From an uncultured delta proteobacterium (GTDB lineage: Bacteria; Desulfobacterota; Binatia; UBA9968): a DNA stretch of 64,000 nt. The position numbers and the translations under genes were made by a program. Below the pieces are notes generated by a model. It had not been told where the DNA came from and did not search any database. It worked only from the letters and a program-made list of their open reading frames with translations. Where the stretch lies: positions 1 through 64,000 of the forward strand of contig CAVWLW010000033.1 of assembly GCA_963755715.1 (NCBI GenBank), in the 5' to 3' direction. Positions 20,017 to 29,706 of this stretch are shown piece by piece; positions within the stretch are counted from its first letter, which is position 1; every line of letters starts with the position of its first letter.

Positions 20017-20143
20017 CGTTTGCCTCGGATGCTATGACTTTTTGCGAGCGCGCTTAAGATGCAATCAATTCAGTTCCGGCGCCCGCTCATGGCCGTCAGT
20101 CTGTTCGGTGCATGGATCGCGCATTGTCGCAAATTGACGAAGT

Positions 20144-21175
20144 TTAATTCTTCGGCACCAACACCTCGCGGATTTTCGCGACGCTCTTCGCGTCCATTTT
20201 AAATAAATTCTTGACGATACCATCCATTTCACTTCCGGTCAGTGGATTGATTTCGAGCTTCGATTTTTTCATCTCGGCGAGCAGCTCCGGGTCCTTCATC
20301 GTGGCGTTGAAGCCATTGCGTAAAATATCAACACGGCTTTTTGGCATGCCCGGCGGCAAGGCATAGGCGCGCAGTATCGCCGATGGCGCGTGGATGCCGG
20401 CCTCGATCAACGTGCGCGCGTCCGGCGTCTTGGCGAAATCGATGGCATTGGGGACGTTGGGAATATCTTCGGCTTTCTTCGCGTTGACCTGAATGATGGC
20501 TTTGACCATGCCGGATTCGAGGCCATTCGCCCATGTGGTTCGGATCGACGCCCAGGTCCAGCAGCCGCCGTCGACTTCACCGGCTTCGGCGGCGACGCGA
20601 ATATTCGAAGTTCCTTTGAACCCTTCGATCAATTGGATCGGCAAACCGAGCGCGGCTTTCAAGACGCGCGGCACGTCGGAATCGTTCGCGCCCGGGGCTT
20701 CGCCGCCGAGCTTCACCGTTTTTTTGCCGGCGAACCAGTCGTCCAAGGAATTGATGCCGCTGGCTTTGGTCAGCGCGCAGACGGTCTCGTCTTGCACCGG
20801 CGCGCCGAGCCACTCAAATTTGCGCGCGTCGAACTCGATTCCTTTATCGCCCATGATCTGCTGCAAGACGAGCGAGCCGATAAAGTTGCCGATGACCAAA
20901 CCGTCCGGCGTCGCCTTGAAAAGAGAATTGGCCGCCACCCGGCTGCCCGCGCCGGTCATGTTGTCGACAATGATCGCAGGGTTGCCCGGTACGTGGCGCC
21001 CCATGTGACGGGCGATGACGCGCGCGTAGGCATCGAAGCCGCCACCAGCGGCAAAGCCAACGATGATGCGGATGGTTTTGCCGCGATAGAAATTCTCATC
21101 GGCTGAGGCGGCGTACCCCGAGCGAGGTGTGAAAGTTGCCACTAAAGAGATTAGGACGATTAGGAGTCTGAGCAT
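20144..21175 (-). CDS. Bug/TctC-family tripartite tricarboxylate transporter substrate-binding protein
   Basis: Signal peptide; FYRGKTIRIIVGFAAGGGFDAYAR, NMTGAG, PDGL, PPGMP; GGAGG RBS. Confidence 0.9.
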   Translation of the reverse strand: MLRLLIVLISLVATFTPRSGYAASADENFYRGKTIRIIVGFAAGGGFDAYARVIARHMGRHVPGNPAIIVDNMTGAGSRVAANSLFKATPDGLVIGNFIGSLVLQQIMGDKGIEFDARKFEWLGAPVQDETVCALTKASGINSLDDWFAGKKTVKLGGEAPGANDSDVPRVLKAALGLPIQLIEGFKGTSNIRVAAEAGEVDGGCWTWASIRTTWANGLESGMVKAIIQVNAKKAEDIPNVPNAIDFAKTPDARTLIEAGIHAPSAILRAYALPPGMPKSRVDILRNGFNATMKDPELLAEMKKSKLEINPLTGSEMDGIVKNLFKMDAKSVAKIREVLVPKN

Positions 21176-21189
21176 GGTGCCTCCTTCAG

Positions 21190-21282
21190 GGTTCAAGTCG
21201 TTTAGCCAGTTCAAGCGGCTCAAGCTATTCGAAAGGAATCGTAGTCCGACTAAACGCTTGAGCTATTTGAAGCGCATGAAAC
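21190..21282. repeat. Degenerate TTCAAG-unit tandem/inverted intergenic repeat
   Basis: gttcaagtc-gtttagcca-gttcaagcg-gctcaagct (9-nt period), mirrored by cttgagct-atttgaagc. Confidence 0.45.
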
Positions 21283-21306
21283 GATCTCTTACTGGAATCG
21301 GCAGGC

Positions 21307-22485
21307 TCAGCGCAAGTTGCCGGTGTGGCCGAGGGAGTACCGTCCCGGTTGCGGCCAGACAGTGAGGCCGTGCGGCTCGGTTTTCACGGGAATACTTTTA
21401 ACGTTGCCGTTGGTCGTGTCGATAACGTAAACCGAGTTGTCGTAGCGGCCGGAGAGCCAAAGCTGTTTGCCGTCGATGCTGATGTTGCCCATGTCCGGGC
21501 TGCCGCCGCCGGGGATCGGCCAGGTCGCTTCTACTTTTTGCGTCGCGAAGTCGATCACGCTGACACTGCCTTTGCCTTTCGGCGGGCCGTAAACGCGCGC
21601 GACACCGCGGTTGGCGACGTAGAGCTTCGTGCCGTCTCGGCTCGGATACAAACCGTGCGTGCCGATGCCGGTTTTGATATGGCCGAGCTCCGTAAACTTG
21701 TCGCCATCGACGACGAAAACCCCATCGGCCTTCATATCCGCGACATAAAAAACTTTGCCGTCGGGCGAGATGCGCACGTCCTGCGGCATGCCGCCTTTGG
21801 AGAACTTGAGATAGCCGGCGACCTTTTTTTCGACAAGGTCGATCTTCACCACGCTTTTGGCGTACTCGCAGGTAAAAATCGCATAGCGCCCATCAATGGA
21901 AAAATCGGCGTGATTGATGCCGCGGCAGTTCGGCGTTTCGATCGAGTATTTGAGCGCCATCGTGTGCGGATCGCGAAAGTCGAGGCGCTTATGCGCTTCC
22001 GCGACGACGATCGCGGCGCTGCCGTCCGGCGTAAAATACATATTATAAGGATCGTCGACGGGAATATTTTTGCCGGGCTTGCCGGTGAGCGGGTCGATCG
22101 GCGTGACGCTGCCGTCGGTGCGGCCTTCGGCGTTATTGTTGACCCAGAGAGTTTTTAGGTCCCACGACGGCACCACGTGCTGCGGGTTAATGCCGACTTT
22201 GTATTTGTCGACGACTTTCAACGTTGCGGGATCGATCACCCAGACATCGTTGGAGGTTCGATTGGGCACGTAGACTCGATGCAGGTGTTTCGCCACGACC
22301 GGGCTGAGGTTTTCCGGGCGTGTTTCACTGTAGAGATTCTTTGGATCGACGACCGCCGGCATGCCAGGAACGGTCTGGATCGTCTTTGCAGTTGTCTCCG
22401 CTCCGATCGCCATCGCGGAGAGACAAAAAACCCTTGCCACGATGAACGCTGCGAACAGCGAGACACAAGGCTGACGATGCCGCAT
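21307..22485 (-). CDS. YVTN/YncE-family beta-propeller protein, exported
   Basis: Signal peptide; VYVPNRTSNDVWVID, LYVANRG, SVSVID repeats. Confidence 0.85.
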   Translation of the reverse strand: MRHRQPCVSLFAAFIVARVFCLSAMAIGAETTAKTIQTVPGMPAVVDPKNLYSETRPENLSPVVAKHLHRVYVPNRTSNDVWVIDPATLKVVDKYKVGINPQHVVPSWDLKTLWVNNNAEGRTDGSVTPIDPLTGKPGKNIPVDDPYNMYFTPDGSAAIVVAEAHKRLDFRDPHTMALKYSIETPNCRGINHADFSIDGRYAIFTCEYAKSVVKIDLVEKKVAGYLKFSKGGMPQDVRISPDGKVFYVADMKADGVFVVDGDKFTELGHIKTGIGTHGLYPSRDGTKLYVANRGVARVYGPPKGKGSVSVIDFATQKVEATWPIPGGGSPDMGNISIDGKQLWLSGRYDNSVYVIDTTNGNVKSIPVKTEPHGLTVWPQPGRYSLGHTGNLR

Positions 22486-22587
22486 GAATCTTACCTCCGA
22501 GATAAAAACCGTCGCCCGCCGAGCATTGACGCCCGGCGGGTGCATGAATGTTAAACGAAAACTATTGAGATTACGAGAATGGCGTGG

Positions 22588-24903
22588 CTAGGCGGCAGTT
22601 TTTTTCTTCTTGTTCTGGATGGCCCAGTAGACGTTTTCCGGTTTGAGCGGCAGATCGTAGACACGCACGCCGGTGGCGTCCGCGACCGCGTTGCCGATCG
22701 CTGCGGGCGTCGGCGCGAGGCCGGGCTCGCCCAAGCCTTTGGCGCCATAGGGGCCTTCGGGCTCGGCGCATTCGACGACGATCGAGATCAGCTCCGGAAT
22801 ATCCAACGAAGTTGCCAGATGATAATCGAGAAAAGACGGATTGCGCACTTTGCCGCTCTTGTCGATAACCATCTCTTCGTGCAATGCGGAGCCGATGCCC
22901 ATCACCACGCCGCCTTCGATTTGCGCCACACAATTGAGCGGGTTGATCGCCTTGCCGACGTCGTGGGCCGCGGACATGCGCAGCACGCGCACGCGCCCGC
23001 TATCCTCATCGACGGCGACTTCGGCTGCTTGCGTGGCGTACATATAAAAAGCCGATGCATGATCGCTGTGACCGGTCTCGAGATCCAGGTCTTTGCCGAT
23101 TTCGTAGGTGTAGGAGCCGTCGCCGCGCACTTCGCCGTTAATGCCGAGCTTGCGCCGCACGACTTCGCCGATCGGCAGAGCCTGCTGCGGCTGGTCTTTC
23201 AAGAAAACTTTGCCGTCGGCATAGTCGAGATCTTTGACCCCGGCTTCGAGCATCGGGCTCGCCGCTTCCATGATCTGCTCGCGCGCGTGAATCGAGGCGC
23301 GGCGCACCGCGTTGCCCATGTGATAGGTGCTGCGGCTCGAGGTTGTCGACGCGTCGAAGGGAATCACGTCGGTGTCGAGCTGATGCATGTGCACTTTTTC
23401 CATCGGCACTTTGAGTTCCTCGGCGGCGACTTGCGAAAGAATCGTGTTGCAGCCCTGGCCGATTTCCACCGTGCCGGCCAGCACCGTGACTTCGCCTTTA
23501 GCGTTGACGACGACACCGGCAGCGGATGTGGTCGGTGACCGGGTCGGTTTCTGGATACACGCGAAACCTTTGCCGATTTTTACCCCCGGCCTGACGTTCG
23601 ACGGTTTCTTGCCCCAATCGATTGCTTCAGTCGCTTTTACCAAGGTTTCTTTGAGACCGACGGCGTGGAGTTGCTCGCCCCAGTATGAAATGTCGCCTTC
23701 GACAAAGATATTTTTCATGCGAATGTCGACGGGGTCCATGCCTAACCGTTTGGCGATCTCGTCCATTTGTTGTTCACCAGCCCAGGCTCCTTGAGGAATG
23801 CCATAACCTCGATAAGAACCGGCGACCGGCTTATTCGTGTAAACGGCATAGCCGTCAACTTTCACATGCGGAATGCGATAGGGCCCCGGCGCCGGCAGGC
23901 TGCCGCGAATACAAACCGTCGGGCTCTTTTCGGCGTAGGCGCCGGCGCCCCAGTAGATTGTCATCTCGCGCGCCATCAGGGTGCCGTCTTTTTTCACACC
24001 GCTTTTCGAATAAACCACGGCCTCATGGCGCGTCAGCGTCGAAATAAAAGTTTCTTCGCGATTGAACTTTACACGCACGGGGCGCCCGTTGGTATGAAAG
24101 GCCAGGGCCACCGCGATCGGCTCGACTTTCAAGCCGCCCTTGGAGCCAAAACCGCCGCCTTGCAGCGGATTGATGAAACGGATCTTTTCCTTGGGCATAC
24201 CCAACGCTTCGGTAATTTCATGTAGGGCGCGGAACGGCGCGTCGTTGGCAACCCAAATCGTCAATCGTCCCGATTCTTTGTCGAACTGCGCGTGCGCTGA
24301 GTGGGGCTCCATGGCCGCGTGCTGGATGATCGGCACGAAATATCTTTCTTCGAGCACGAGATCGGATTCCTGGAAGCCTTGCGCGACGTTGCCGGTGCGC
24401 AGCTTGAAATGTTCGGCGACGTTGGGCATCGCGCCTTGGACGACGAATTCAGCTTTTCGGTACTTGGCGAAGTCTTCATGAATTTCTATGCAGCCCGGCT
24501 TGCAGGCTTCCTCGGGATCCGTATACACGGGCAGATCTTCGTAGTCGACCTCGATCAATTTTACCGCAGCCTGCGCGATATCTTCGTCTTCCGCTGCGAC
24601 CGCTGCGACGGGCTCGCCAATAAAGCGCACTTTGCCTTGCGCCAAAAATGGCTTGTCTTTCACCGACTCGCCGTGTGTCCAAGGCACGTCTTCTCCGGTC
24701 ACGACAGCAACAACGCCGGGAAGTTGTTTAGCTTTGTCGGTGTTAATCCGTTTGATCTTGGCATGCGCTTTGGTGCTGAACAAAGTTTTGCCGTAAAGCA
24801 TGTTCGGTAGCACGAGATCATAGCCATAAACCGCCTGGCCGGTGATTTTCTCTTCAGCATCAACGCGCTGAACCGGTTTACCCACGACTGTCAGTTCCGC
24901 CAT
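22588..24903 (-). CDS. Xanthine-dehydrogenase-family molybdopterin-binding large subunit
   Basis: GGGFGSK, YRGYG, GQG, AHDVGKAINP, QIEGG, KGLGE. Confidence 0.95.
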   Translation of the reverse strand: MAELTVVGKPVQRVDAEEKITGQAVYGYDLVLPNMLYGKTLFSTKAHAKIKRINTDKAKQLPGVVAVVTGEDVPWTHGESVKDKPFLAQGKVRFIGEPVAAVAAEDEDIAQAAVKLIEVDYEDLPVYTDPEEACKPGCIEIHEDFAKYRKAEFVVQGAMPNVAEHFKLRTGNVAQGFQESDLVLEERYFVPIIQHAAMEPHSAHAQFDKESGRLTIWVANDAPFRALHEITEALGMPKEKIRFINPLQGGGFGSKGGLKVEPIAVALAFHTNGRPVRVKFNREETFISTLTRHEAVVYSKSGVKKDGTLMAREMTIYWGAGAYAEKSPTVCIRGSLPAPGPYRIPHVKVDGYAVYTNKPVAGSYRGYGIPQGAWAGEQQMDEIAKRLGMDPVDIRMKNIFVEGDISYWGEQLHAVGLKETLVKATEAIDWGKKPSNVRPGVKIGKGFACIQKPTRSPTTSAAGVVVNAKGEVTVLAGTVEIGQGCNTILSQVAAEELKVPMEKVHMHQLDTDVIPFDASTTSSRSTYHMGNAVRRASIHAREQIMEAASPMLEAGVKDLDYADGKVFLKDQPQQALPIGEVVRRKLGINGEVRGDGSYTYEIGKDLDLETGHSDHASAFYMYATQAAEVAVDEDSGRVRVLRMSAAHDVGKAINPLNCVAQIEGGVVMGIGSALHEEMVIDKSGKVRNPSFLDYHLATSLDIPELISIVVECAEPEGPYGAKGLGEPGLAPTPAAIGNAVADATGVRVYDLPLKPENVYWAIQNKKKKTAA

Positions 24904-24920
24904 TGTTCCACTCCTAAAAT

Positions 24921-24963
24921 TTGTTCAACCCGTTCAAATGGTTCAAACTTCAAACCTTTGAAG
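24921..24963. repeat. GTTCAA tandem intergenic repeat
   Basis: gttcaaccc-gttcaaatg-gttcaaac-ttcaaacc-tttgaa between the XDH subunit genes. Confidence 0.45.
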
Positions 24964-24984
24964 GAAAAAAGGTTATGATAAATT

Positions 24985-25464
24985 TTACGCGCTCTTTGCG
25001 CGCAGGATCGCCGCCGCGTCTTGCACTGCCTGGATGATCTTGGCGTAGCCGGTGCAGCGACAGAGGTTGCCGGAAAGCGCATAGCGGATGTCGTCTTCGG
25101 TTGGGTTGGGATTTTCGTCGAGCAACGCTTTCGACATCATCAACATTCCTGGCGTGCAGTAACCGCACTGGGCGCCGCCGTCCTGCAAGAATGTTTTTTG
25201 AATCGGATGAAGCTCGGGGCCGATTTTCAACCCTTCAATCGTGACCACGTCGGCGCCGTCGAGCTCGCCGGAAAGAACCAGACAGGAATTCACCGGCTGG
25301 CCATTCAAAAACACCGTGCAAGCGCCGCAATCGCCCGTGCCGCAGCCTTCTTTGGTGCCGGTCGCGCCGATTTCATCGCGCAGCAAATCGAGTAAGAGCC
25401 GGTGCGTCGCCGCTTCGCGGCTGACGCTTTTCCCGTTTAACGTAAATTGGATTTTCTTGTTCAT
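24985..25464 (-). CDS. XDH-family 2[2Fe-2S] small subunit
   Basis: GCGTGDCGACTV, QCGYCTPG, NLCRCTGY. Confidence 0.96.
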   Translation of the reverse strand: MNKKIQFTLNGKSVSREAATHRLLLDLLRDEIGATGTKEGCGTGDCGACTVFLNGQPVNSCLVLSGELDGADVVTIEGLKIGPELHPIQKTFLQDGGAQCGYCTPGMLMMSKALLDENPNPTEDDIRYALSGNLCRCTGYAKIIQAVQDAAAILRAKSA

Positions 25465-25483
25465 GACAACCTCAAAAATAAAC

Positions 25484-25564
25484 TGGAGTGTTGGAGTACT
25501 GGAGTGTTGGGTTAGGAATTTCGAAAACCCATGACTCCATCACTCCAATACTCCATCACCCCAT
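25484..25564. repeat. Inverted repeat built from TGGAGT / ACTCCA tandem units
   Basis: tggagtgttggagtactggagtgttgggtt ... aacccatgactccatcactccaatactccatcacccca. Confidence 0.7.
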
Positions 25565-25569
25565 TTCTT

Positions 25570-26481
25570 CTAGTATCTTCTTTCGCGCCGTTCCACCCAA
25601 GTCTTCGCCGGCCCTACGGCGGCGTTGAGCAGTGCCCGCTTGGTCATGGCGCCGACCATGGCGCGGCGGTATTCGGCGGTGGAACGCACGTCGCTGATCG
25701 GTTTGGCTTCTTCGGCGGCAATAGCTCCGATCTTTTCCGCCAACTCTTCGGTGAGAACCTGCCCTTCGAGAGCCGCTTCGGCGCGCTTGGCGCGGATCGG
25801 CGTCGGCGCGACTGCGCCAAGCACGATGCGGACGCCGTCACATTTCTTGTCTTTCTCGCCCAGATTGTAGGCAACCGCGACGCCGACGTAAGCGAGGTCC
25901 ATCATCTCGCGGGGCGAAAACTTGATATATTCGCCGACGAGTCGCGGACCGGTTTTAGGTATCGAGACTTCCGTCAGGATTTCCTCCGCGCTCATCACGG
26001 TTTGCCCCGGTCCTTTAAAAAATTCTTCCAAATTAATTGACCGTTCGCCAGTGGCGCCGGCGATTTTAGCCGTGGCATTCAAAGCGATCAAAGCGGGCGC
26101 GGTGTCGGCGGACGGCGTCGCGTTGGACATGTTGCCACCGATCGTCGCGCGATTGCGAATCTGAATGGAGCCGACCTCGGCGGCACTTTGCGATAGAAAT
26201 GGATATTTTTTTGTGATCAAACGCGAGATCTCGATCTCGCGCATGGTCGTGAGAGCGCCGAGTGTGATCGTGCCATCGCTGTTTTCGCGAATGCCGGCAA
26301 GACCGGGAACGCGCTTCAAGTCAACGATGTACTTGGGCAGCAAGCCCTTTTCTTTCATGGCAATGACCAAGTCGGTCCCGCCCGCGAGAAAGCGGCCGCC
26401 AGGGCCGTTTTCGCTGACCAGCCGTCTCGCTTCTTCGAGCGTAGCAGGCTGGTAGAATTCGAATGGTTCGGTGCGTTTCAT
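25570..26481 (-). CDS. XDH-family FAD-binding medium subunit
   Basis: LAGGTDL, QIRNRATIGGN, SAD, GAVAPTP, PISDVR. Confidence 0.95.
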   Translation of the reverse strand: MKRTEPFEFYQPATLEEARRLVSENGPGGRFLAGGTDLVIAMKEKGLLPKYIVDLKRVPGLAGIRENSDGTITLGALTTMREIEISRLITKKYPFLSQSAAEVGSIQIRNRATIGGNMSNATPSADTAPALIALNATAKIAGATGERSINLEEFFKGPGQTVMSAEEILTEVSIPKTGPRLVGEYIKFSPREMMDLAYVGVAVAYNLGEKDKKCDGVRIVLGAVAPTPIRAKRAEAALEGQVLTEELAEKIGAIAAEEAKPISDVRSTAEYRRAMVGAMTKRALLNAAVGPAKTWVERRERRY

Positions 26482-26506
26482 GAAAATAGTGCCGTGAGGA
26501 TGTTGC

Positions 26507-26530
26507 GGGGCGACCGCCGGTCGCCCCTAC
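26507..26530 (-). repeat. GTAG-type REP element
   Basis: Reverse complement GTAGGGGCGACCGGCGGTCGCCCC: a GTAG tetranucleotide followed by a palindrome. Confidence 0.75.
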
Positions 26531-26543
26531 AATTCCTCGCTCC

Positions 26544-27914
26544 TTATACGAGTGGTTTAAGCGCTTTGCCGATGGCTTTGCCGCAAGGCTCGCCGTCTCT
26601 CATTTGAACGTGGCCGCGCACGACGGTCAATATCGGCATCCCTTTGACCTTCCAGCCGTGCCAGGGCGACGGTTTGTTCTTGCTGTGAAGTTTGTTGACG
26701 TCGATCGTGCCTTCCTTATCCATGTCAACGACAGTGATGTCGCCGTCGGAGCCGAGCCGGATGGCGCCTTTTTTCGGATAGACCTGCCACACTTTGGCCG
26801 GATTTTCGGAAGCGACTTTGACGTATTGATTCAACGTCAATCGACCTTTGTTGACCTCGGTTAAAATTAGCGGCACGCCGGTCTCGACGCCGCAGAAACC
26901 GGAGATGCAATCCCAGATGGCCGGCTTGGTGAGCTTGCCATAGATATCCGACCCTTTTTCTTCGAGCGTGTGCGGTGAATGATCGGTCGCCAAGGTATCG
27001 ACGAAGCCTTCGCGCAGACCTTGCCATAAAACTTCCGCGTGATCTTGGGTGCGAACCGGTGGATTCATCTTCAAGAGCGAACCGACCTTGTCCATGTCGT
27101 TCGGTTCGCGCAGCAGATAGTGCGGGCCGGTTTCAGCGGTGACTCTCAAGCCGCGCGCCTTGGCGTCGCGCACCATGTAAGCGGCTTGCTTCGAGCTCAT
27201 ATGGAAAACGTGCAGCTTGGTGCCGAAAGTCTCGGCGAAGAAGAGTGCGTGATGCACGGATTCTGCCTCGCAGATATCGGGACGAGAAGCTTCCCAATAG
27301 CGCGCTTCGTTTTTATTTTCCTGCTTGAGCTTGTTGGTGCAGTACGCCATGATCTGGCGATTTTCCGCGTGAATTCCCAGCGGCAGCTTCGATTGTGCGA
27401 TGTAATCGAAAGCTTCCACGCACATGCCGTCATCGGGAAAGGGGAGGTTGCCGATGGTTTCACCGAAGAAAATCTTGTAACCGATCGCGCCGGCGGCGGC
27501 CATCGGCAAAATATCTTTGGTATTGGTTTGTACGACGACCCCGGTGATACCGAAGTCGACCAGCGATTTGGCTTCGCCCAGCTCTCTCTTGACCTTCACC
27601 TGCTCGGCGTCAGCCGTTGGTGGCACCGTATTCGGCATGTCGACGACGGTGGTAATTCCGCCGCAAACCGCCGCGGTAGAACCCGTGTTGAAATCCTCTT
27701 TGTGGGTCATGCCTGGTTCTCTGAAGTGCACGTGGCCGTCAAACAGACCCGGCAATATATGTTTGCCTTTGACGTCGACCTCCTGCTTGCCTTGAGGCAG
27801 CGAGTCGTCGGCACCGATCGCGACGATCACTTCGTTGCTGATCGCCACGCCGCCTTTAAAAGTTGCCTCGGGTGTGACCACCCAACCATTTTTGATAACT
27901 AAATCTGCAGCCAT
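26544..27914 (-). CDS. Cyclic amidohydrolase (allantoinase / dihydropyrimidinase / dihydroorotase family)
   Basis: DGHVHFREPG, GGITT, DMPNT, HAEN, HVFHMS, KMNPPVR, TDHSPH. Confidence 0.9.
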   Translation of the reverse strand: MAADLVIKNGWVVTPEATFKGGVAISNEVIVAIGADDSLPQGKQEVDVKGKHILPGLFDGHVHFREPGMTHKEDFNTGSTAAVCGGITTVVDMPNTVPPTADAEQVKVKRELGEAKSLVDFGITGVVVQTNTKDILPMAAAGAIGYKIFFGETIGNLPFPDDGMCVEAFDYIAQSKLPLGIHAENRQIMAYCTNKLKQENKNEARYWEASRPDICEAESVHHALFFAETFGTKLHVFHMSSKQAAYMVRDAKARGLRVTAETGPHYLLREPNDMDKVGSLLKMNPPVRTQDHAEVLWQGLREGFVDTLATDHSPHTLEEKGSDIYGKLTKPAIWDCISGFCGVETGVPLILTEVNKGRLTLNQYVKVASENPAKVWQVYPKKGAIRLGSDGDITVVDMDKEGTIDVNKLHSKNKPSPWHGWKVKGMPILTVVRGHVQMRDGEPCGKAIGKALKPLV

Positions 27915-27926
27915 TTTTCTTCCTTT

Positions 27927-28661
27927 CTATTTGTTTTTCTTATTGTTTGCTTCAATAACTCGGAGTCCGCGAATCGCTTGCCGCTGTTGGAGATCGGTCA
28001 TGACGTTTTTTTTGCCGGCTTGAATGTGGCTGCGCAGAACGGCGACAGCTTCGTCGGCATCGCGGCGTTCGATCGCCTCGAGCACCAGTAAATGTTCCTG
28101 GTGCGCGGCCAGCCCGCGGGCAGGATCGTACAGTCCGTCGGTCCGGCGCTTGAGCACGATGCGCTCGAACACGTGGTTCAGCGTGCTCATCAAAGTTTCA
28201 TTGCCGGCGAGCTCCGCGATCGCCAAATGCACCTCCTGGTCGAACATCAGCCGCTCTCGGGTGAACCGGTTTTGCACGTCGCGCCCGTAGGAATTCATCT
28301 TCGCTCGCAAGCGAGCGAGCGCGGCATCGGTGAGATTCGCGATCGCCTTTTCCACAGCGAAGGCTTCCAGCGCTTCGCGGAGCTCATAGAGCTCTTCGGC
28401 CTCTTGCATTCTAATTTCTTTGCAGGTAAAACCGCGATTCGGTAGAAAGGAGACGTATCCTTCCTGAACAAGTCTCGTCAATGCTTCGCGTACCGGCGTG
28501 CGACTGACGCCGAGACGCTCGCTGAGCTGCTGATGATGCAGCTTCTGTCCCGGCATGATCTCATTGCAAAGAATCAAATTTTTTATCTGGTTGTAGACGC
28601 GAGCTGAAAGATTTTCAATGGCGCGCGGTTTAGTTTTAGATCGCTTGAGCGAGTCAGACAT
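27927..28661 (-). CDS. GntR-family (FCD) transcriptional regulator
   Basis: LSERLGVSRTPVREAL wHTH; ELREALE, HLAIAELAGN, EH..VLEAI FCD domain. Confidence 0.92.
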   Translation of the reverse strand: MSDSLKRSKTKPRAIENLSARVYNQIKNLILCNEIMPGQKLHHQQLSERLGVSRTPVREALTRLVQEGYVSFLPNRGFTCKEIRMQEAEELYELREALEAFAVEKAIANLTDAALARLRAKMNSYGRDVQNRFTRERLMFDQEVHLAIAELAGNETLMSTLNHVFERIVLKRRTDGLYDPARGLAAHQEHLLVLEAIERRDADEAVAVLRSHIQAGKKNVMTDLQQRQAIRGLRVIEANNKKNK

Positions 28662-28670
28662 GGATCGATT

Positions 28671-28684
28671 TTTTGTATGCAAAA
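28671..28684. promoter_or_regulatory. Candidate GntR operator
   Basis: TTTTGTATGCAAAA near-palindrome just upstream of the gntR start; a minus-strand TTGACA-17nt-TAGGGT promoter lies at 28730..28702. Confidence 0.5.
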
Positions 28685-28875
28685 GTTTATGCAATTGCGG
28701 AACCCTATCCGATCCAATTAGGGTTGTCAACGAAGGCGCATCCACGCTTGCAAAAACGCATGGAAATGATAAGGAGTCATGCGATTTGAGGGTCATAGAG
28801 AATCCTCAATCAGGGTTTAGGCAAAATTTACATCGTCCACCCTACATCAATATATTATTTTTTTAAGGAGGCATT

Positions 28876-29691
28876 GTGGCACAGACTAAACTACAGGCGG
28901 TTGGATTACGGCACGAGTACTATCAGCCGCGCACGGGCGGCAGACTCTTGGCCCTGGATAACATCAACCTGCAGGTCGAAGAGGGCGAGTTCGTCAGCAT
29001 CGTCGGGCCCAGCGGTTGCGGCAAAACCACCTTTATTAATCTCTGCGACGGTTTGCTCAAGCCGACCGCGGGCCACATCGCCATTGACGGTGTGCCCGTG
29101 ACCGGCCCAGGCACGGATCGCGGGATGGTGTTTCAGGATTCCTGCCTCATGCCGTGGCGCACCGTGGCGAAGAACGTGATTTTTGGTCTGGAGTGCCAAG
29201 GTCTCGACAACGGAGAGGGCCAAGATCGCGCCAAAAAATTCATCAAACTGGTCGGCTTGCAGGGATTCGAAGATCACTATCCGCACGAGCTCTCCGGCGG
29301 TATGCAGCAGCGCTGCAATTTGGCGCGCGCGCTCACCGTCGATCCCAAAATCCTGATCATGGACGAGCCATTTGCCGCTCTTGACGCGCAAACGCGTGAA
29401 ATCATGCAGGCGGAATTGCTGCGCATCTGGCGCGAGTCGGGCAAGACCGTGCTTTTCATCACGCATCAAATCAACGAGGCGATTTATCTCGCCGATCGCG
29501 TAATCGTGTTTGGCGCGCGTCCTGGAAAAGTAAAAGAGATGATCAAAATCGATCTGCCGCGCCCGCGCGATCTTTCCATCAAGCGCGATCCGAAATTCTT
29601 ACAATACGAAGATCGGCTTTGGAGTTTGATTGAAGAAGAGGTCAAAAAGACCATGCTCCAAGATCAAGTGGTCCGTAACATCAATAACTGA
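28876..29691 (+). CDS. ABC transporter ATP-binding protein (NitT/TauB type)
   Basis: GPSGCGKT, LSGGMQQR, MDEPFAALD, ITH, LPRPR. Confidence 0.93.
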   Translation: MAQTKLQAVGLRHEYYQPRTGGRLLALDNINLQVEEGEFVSIVGPSGCGKTTFINLCDGLLKPTAGHIAIDGVPVTGPGTDRGMVFQDSCLMPWRTVAKNVIFGLECQGLDNGEGQDRAKKFIKLVGLQGFEDHYPHELSGGMQQRCNLARALTVDPKILIMDEPFAALDAQTREIMQAELLRIWRESGKTVLFITHQINEAIYLADRVIVFGARPGKVKEMIKIDLPRPRDLSIKRDPKFLQYEDRLWSLIEEEVKKTMLQDQVVRNINN

Positions 29692-29706
29692 GATTCCCCG
29701 ACAGGG

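Noticed and set aside
25484-25564. CRISPR array
   Set aside because: The units are 8-9 nt with no unique spacers, and there are no cas genes.
22588-26481. Aerobic CO dehydrogenase (coxMSL)
   Set aside because: The gene order is similar, but the large subunit has SYRGYG rather than the form I AYxCSFR motif.
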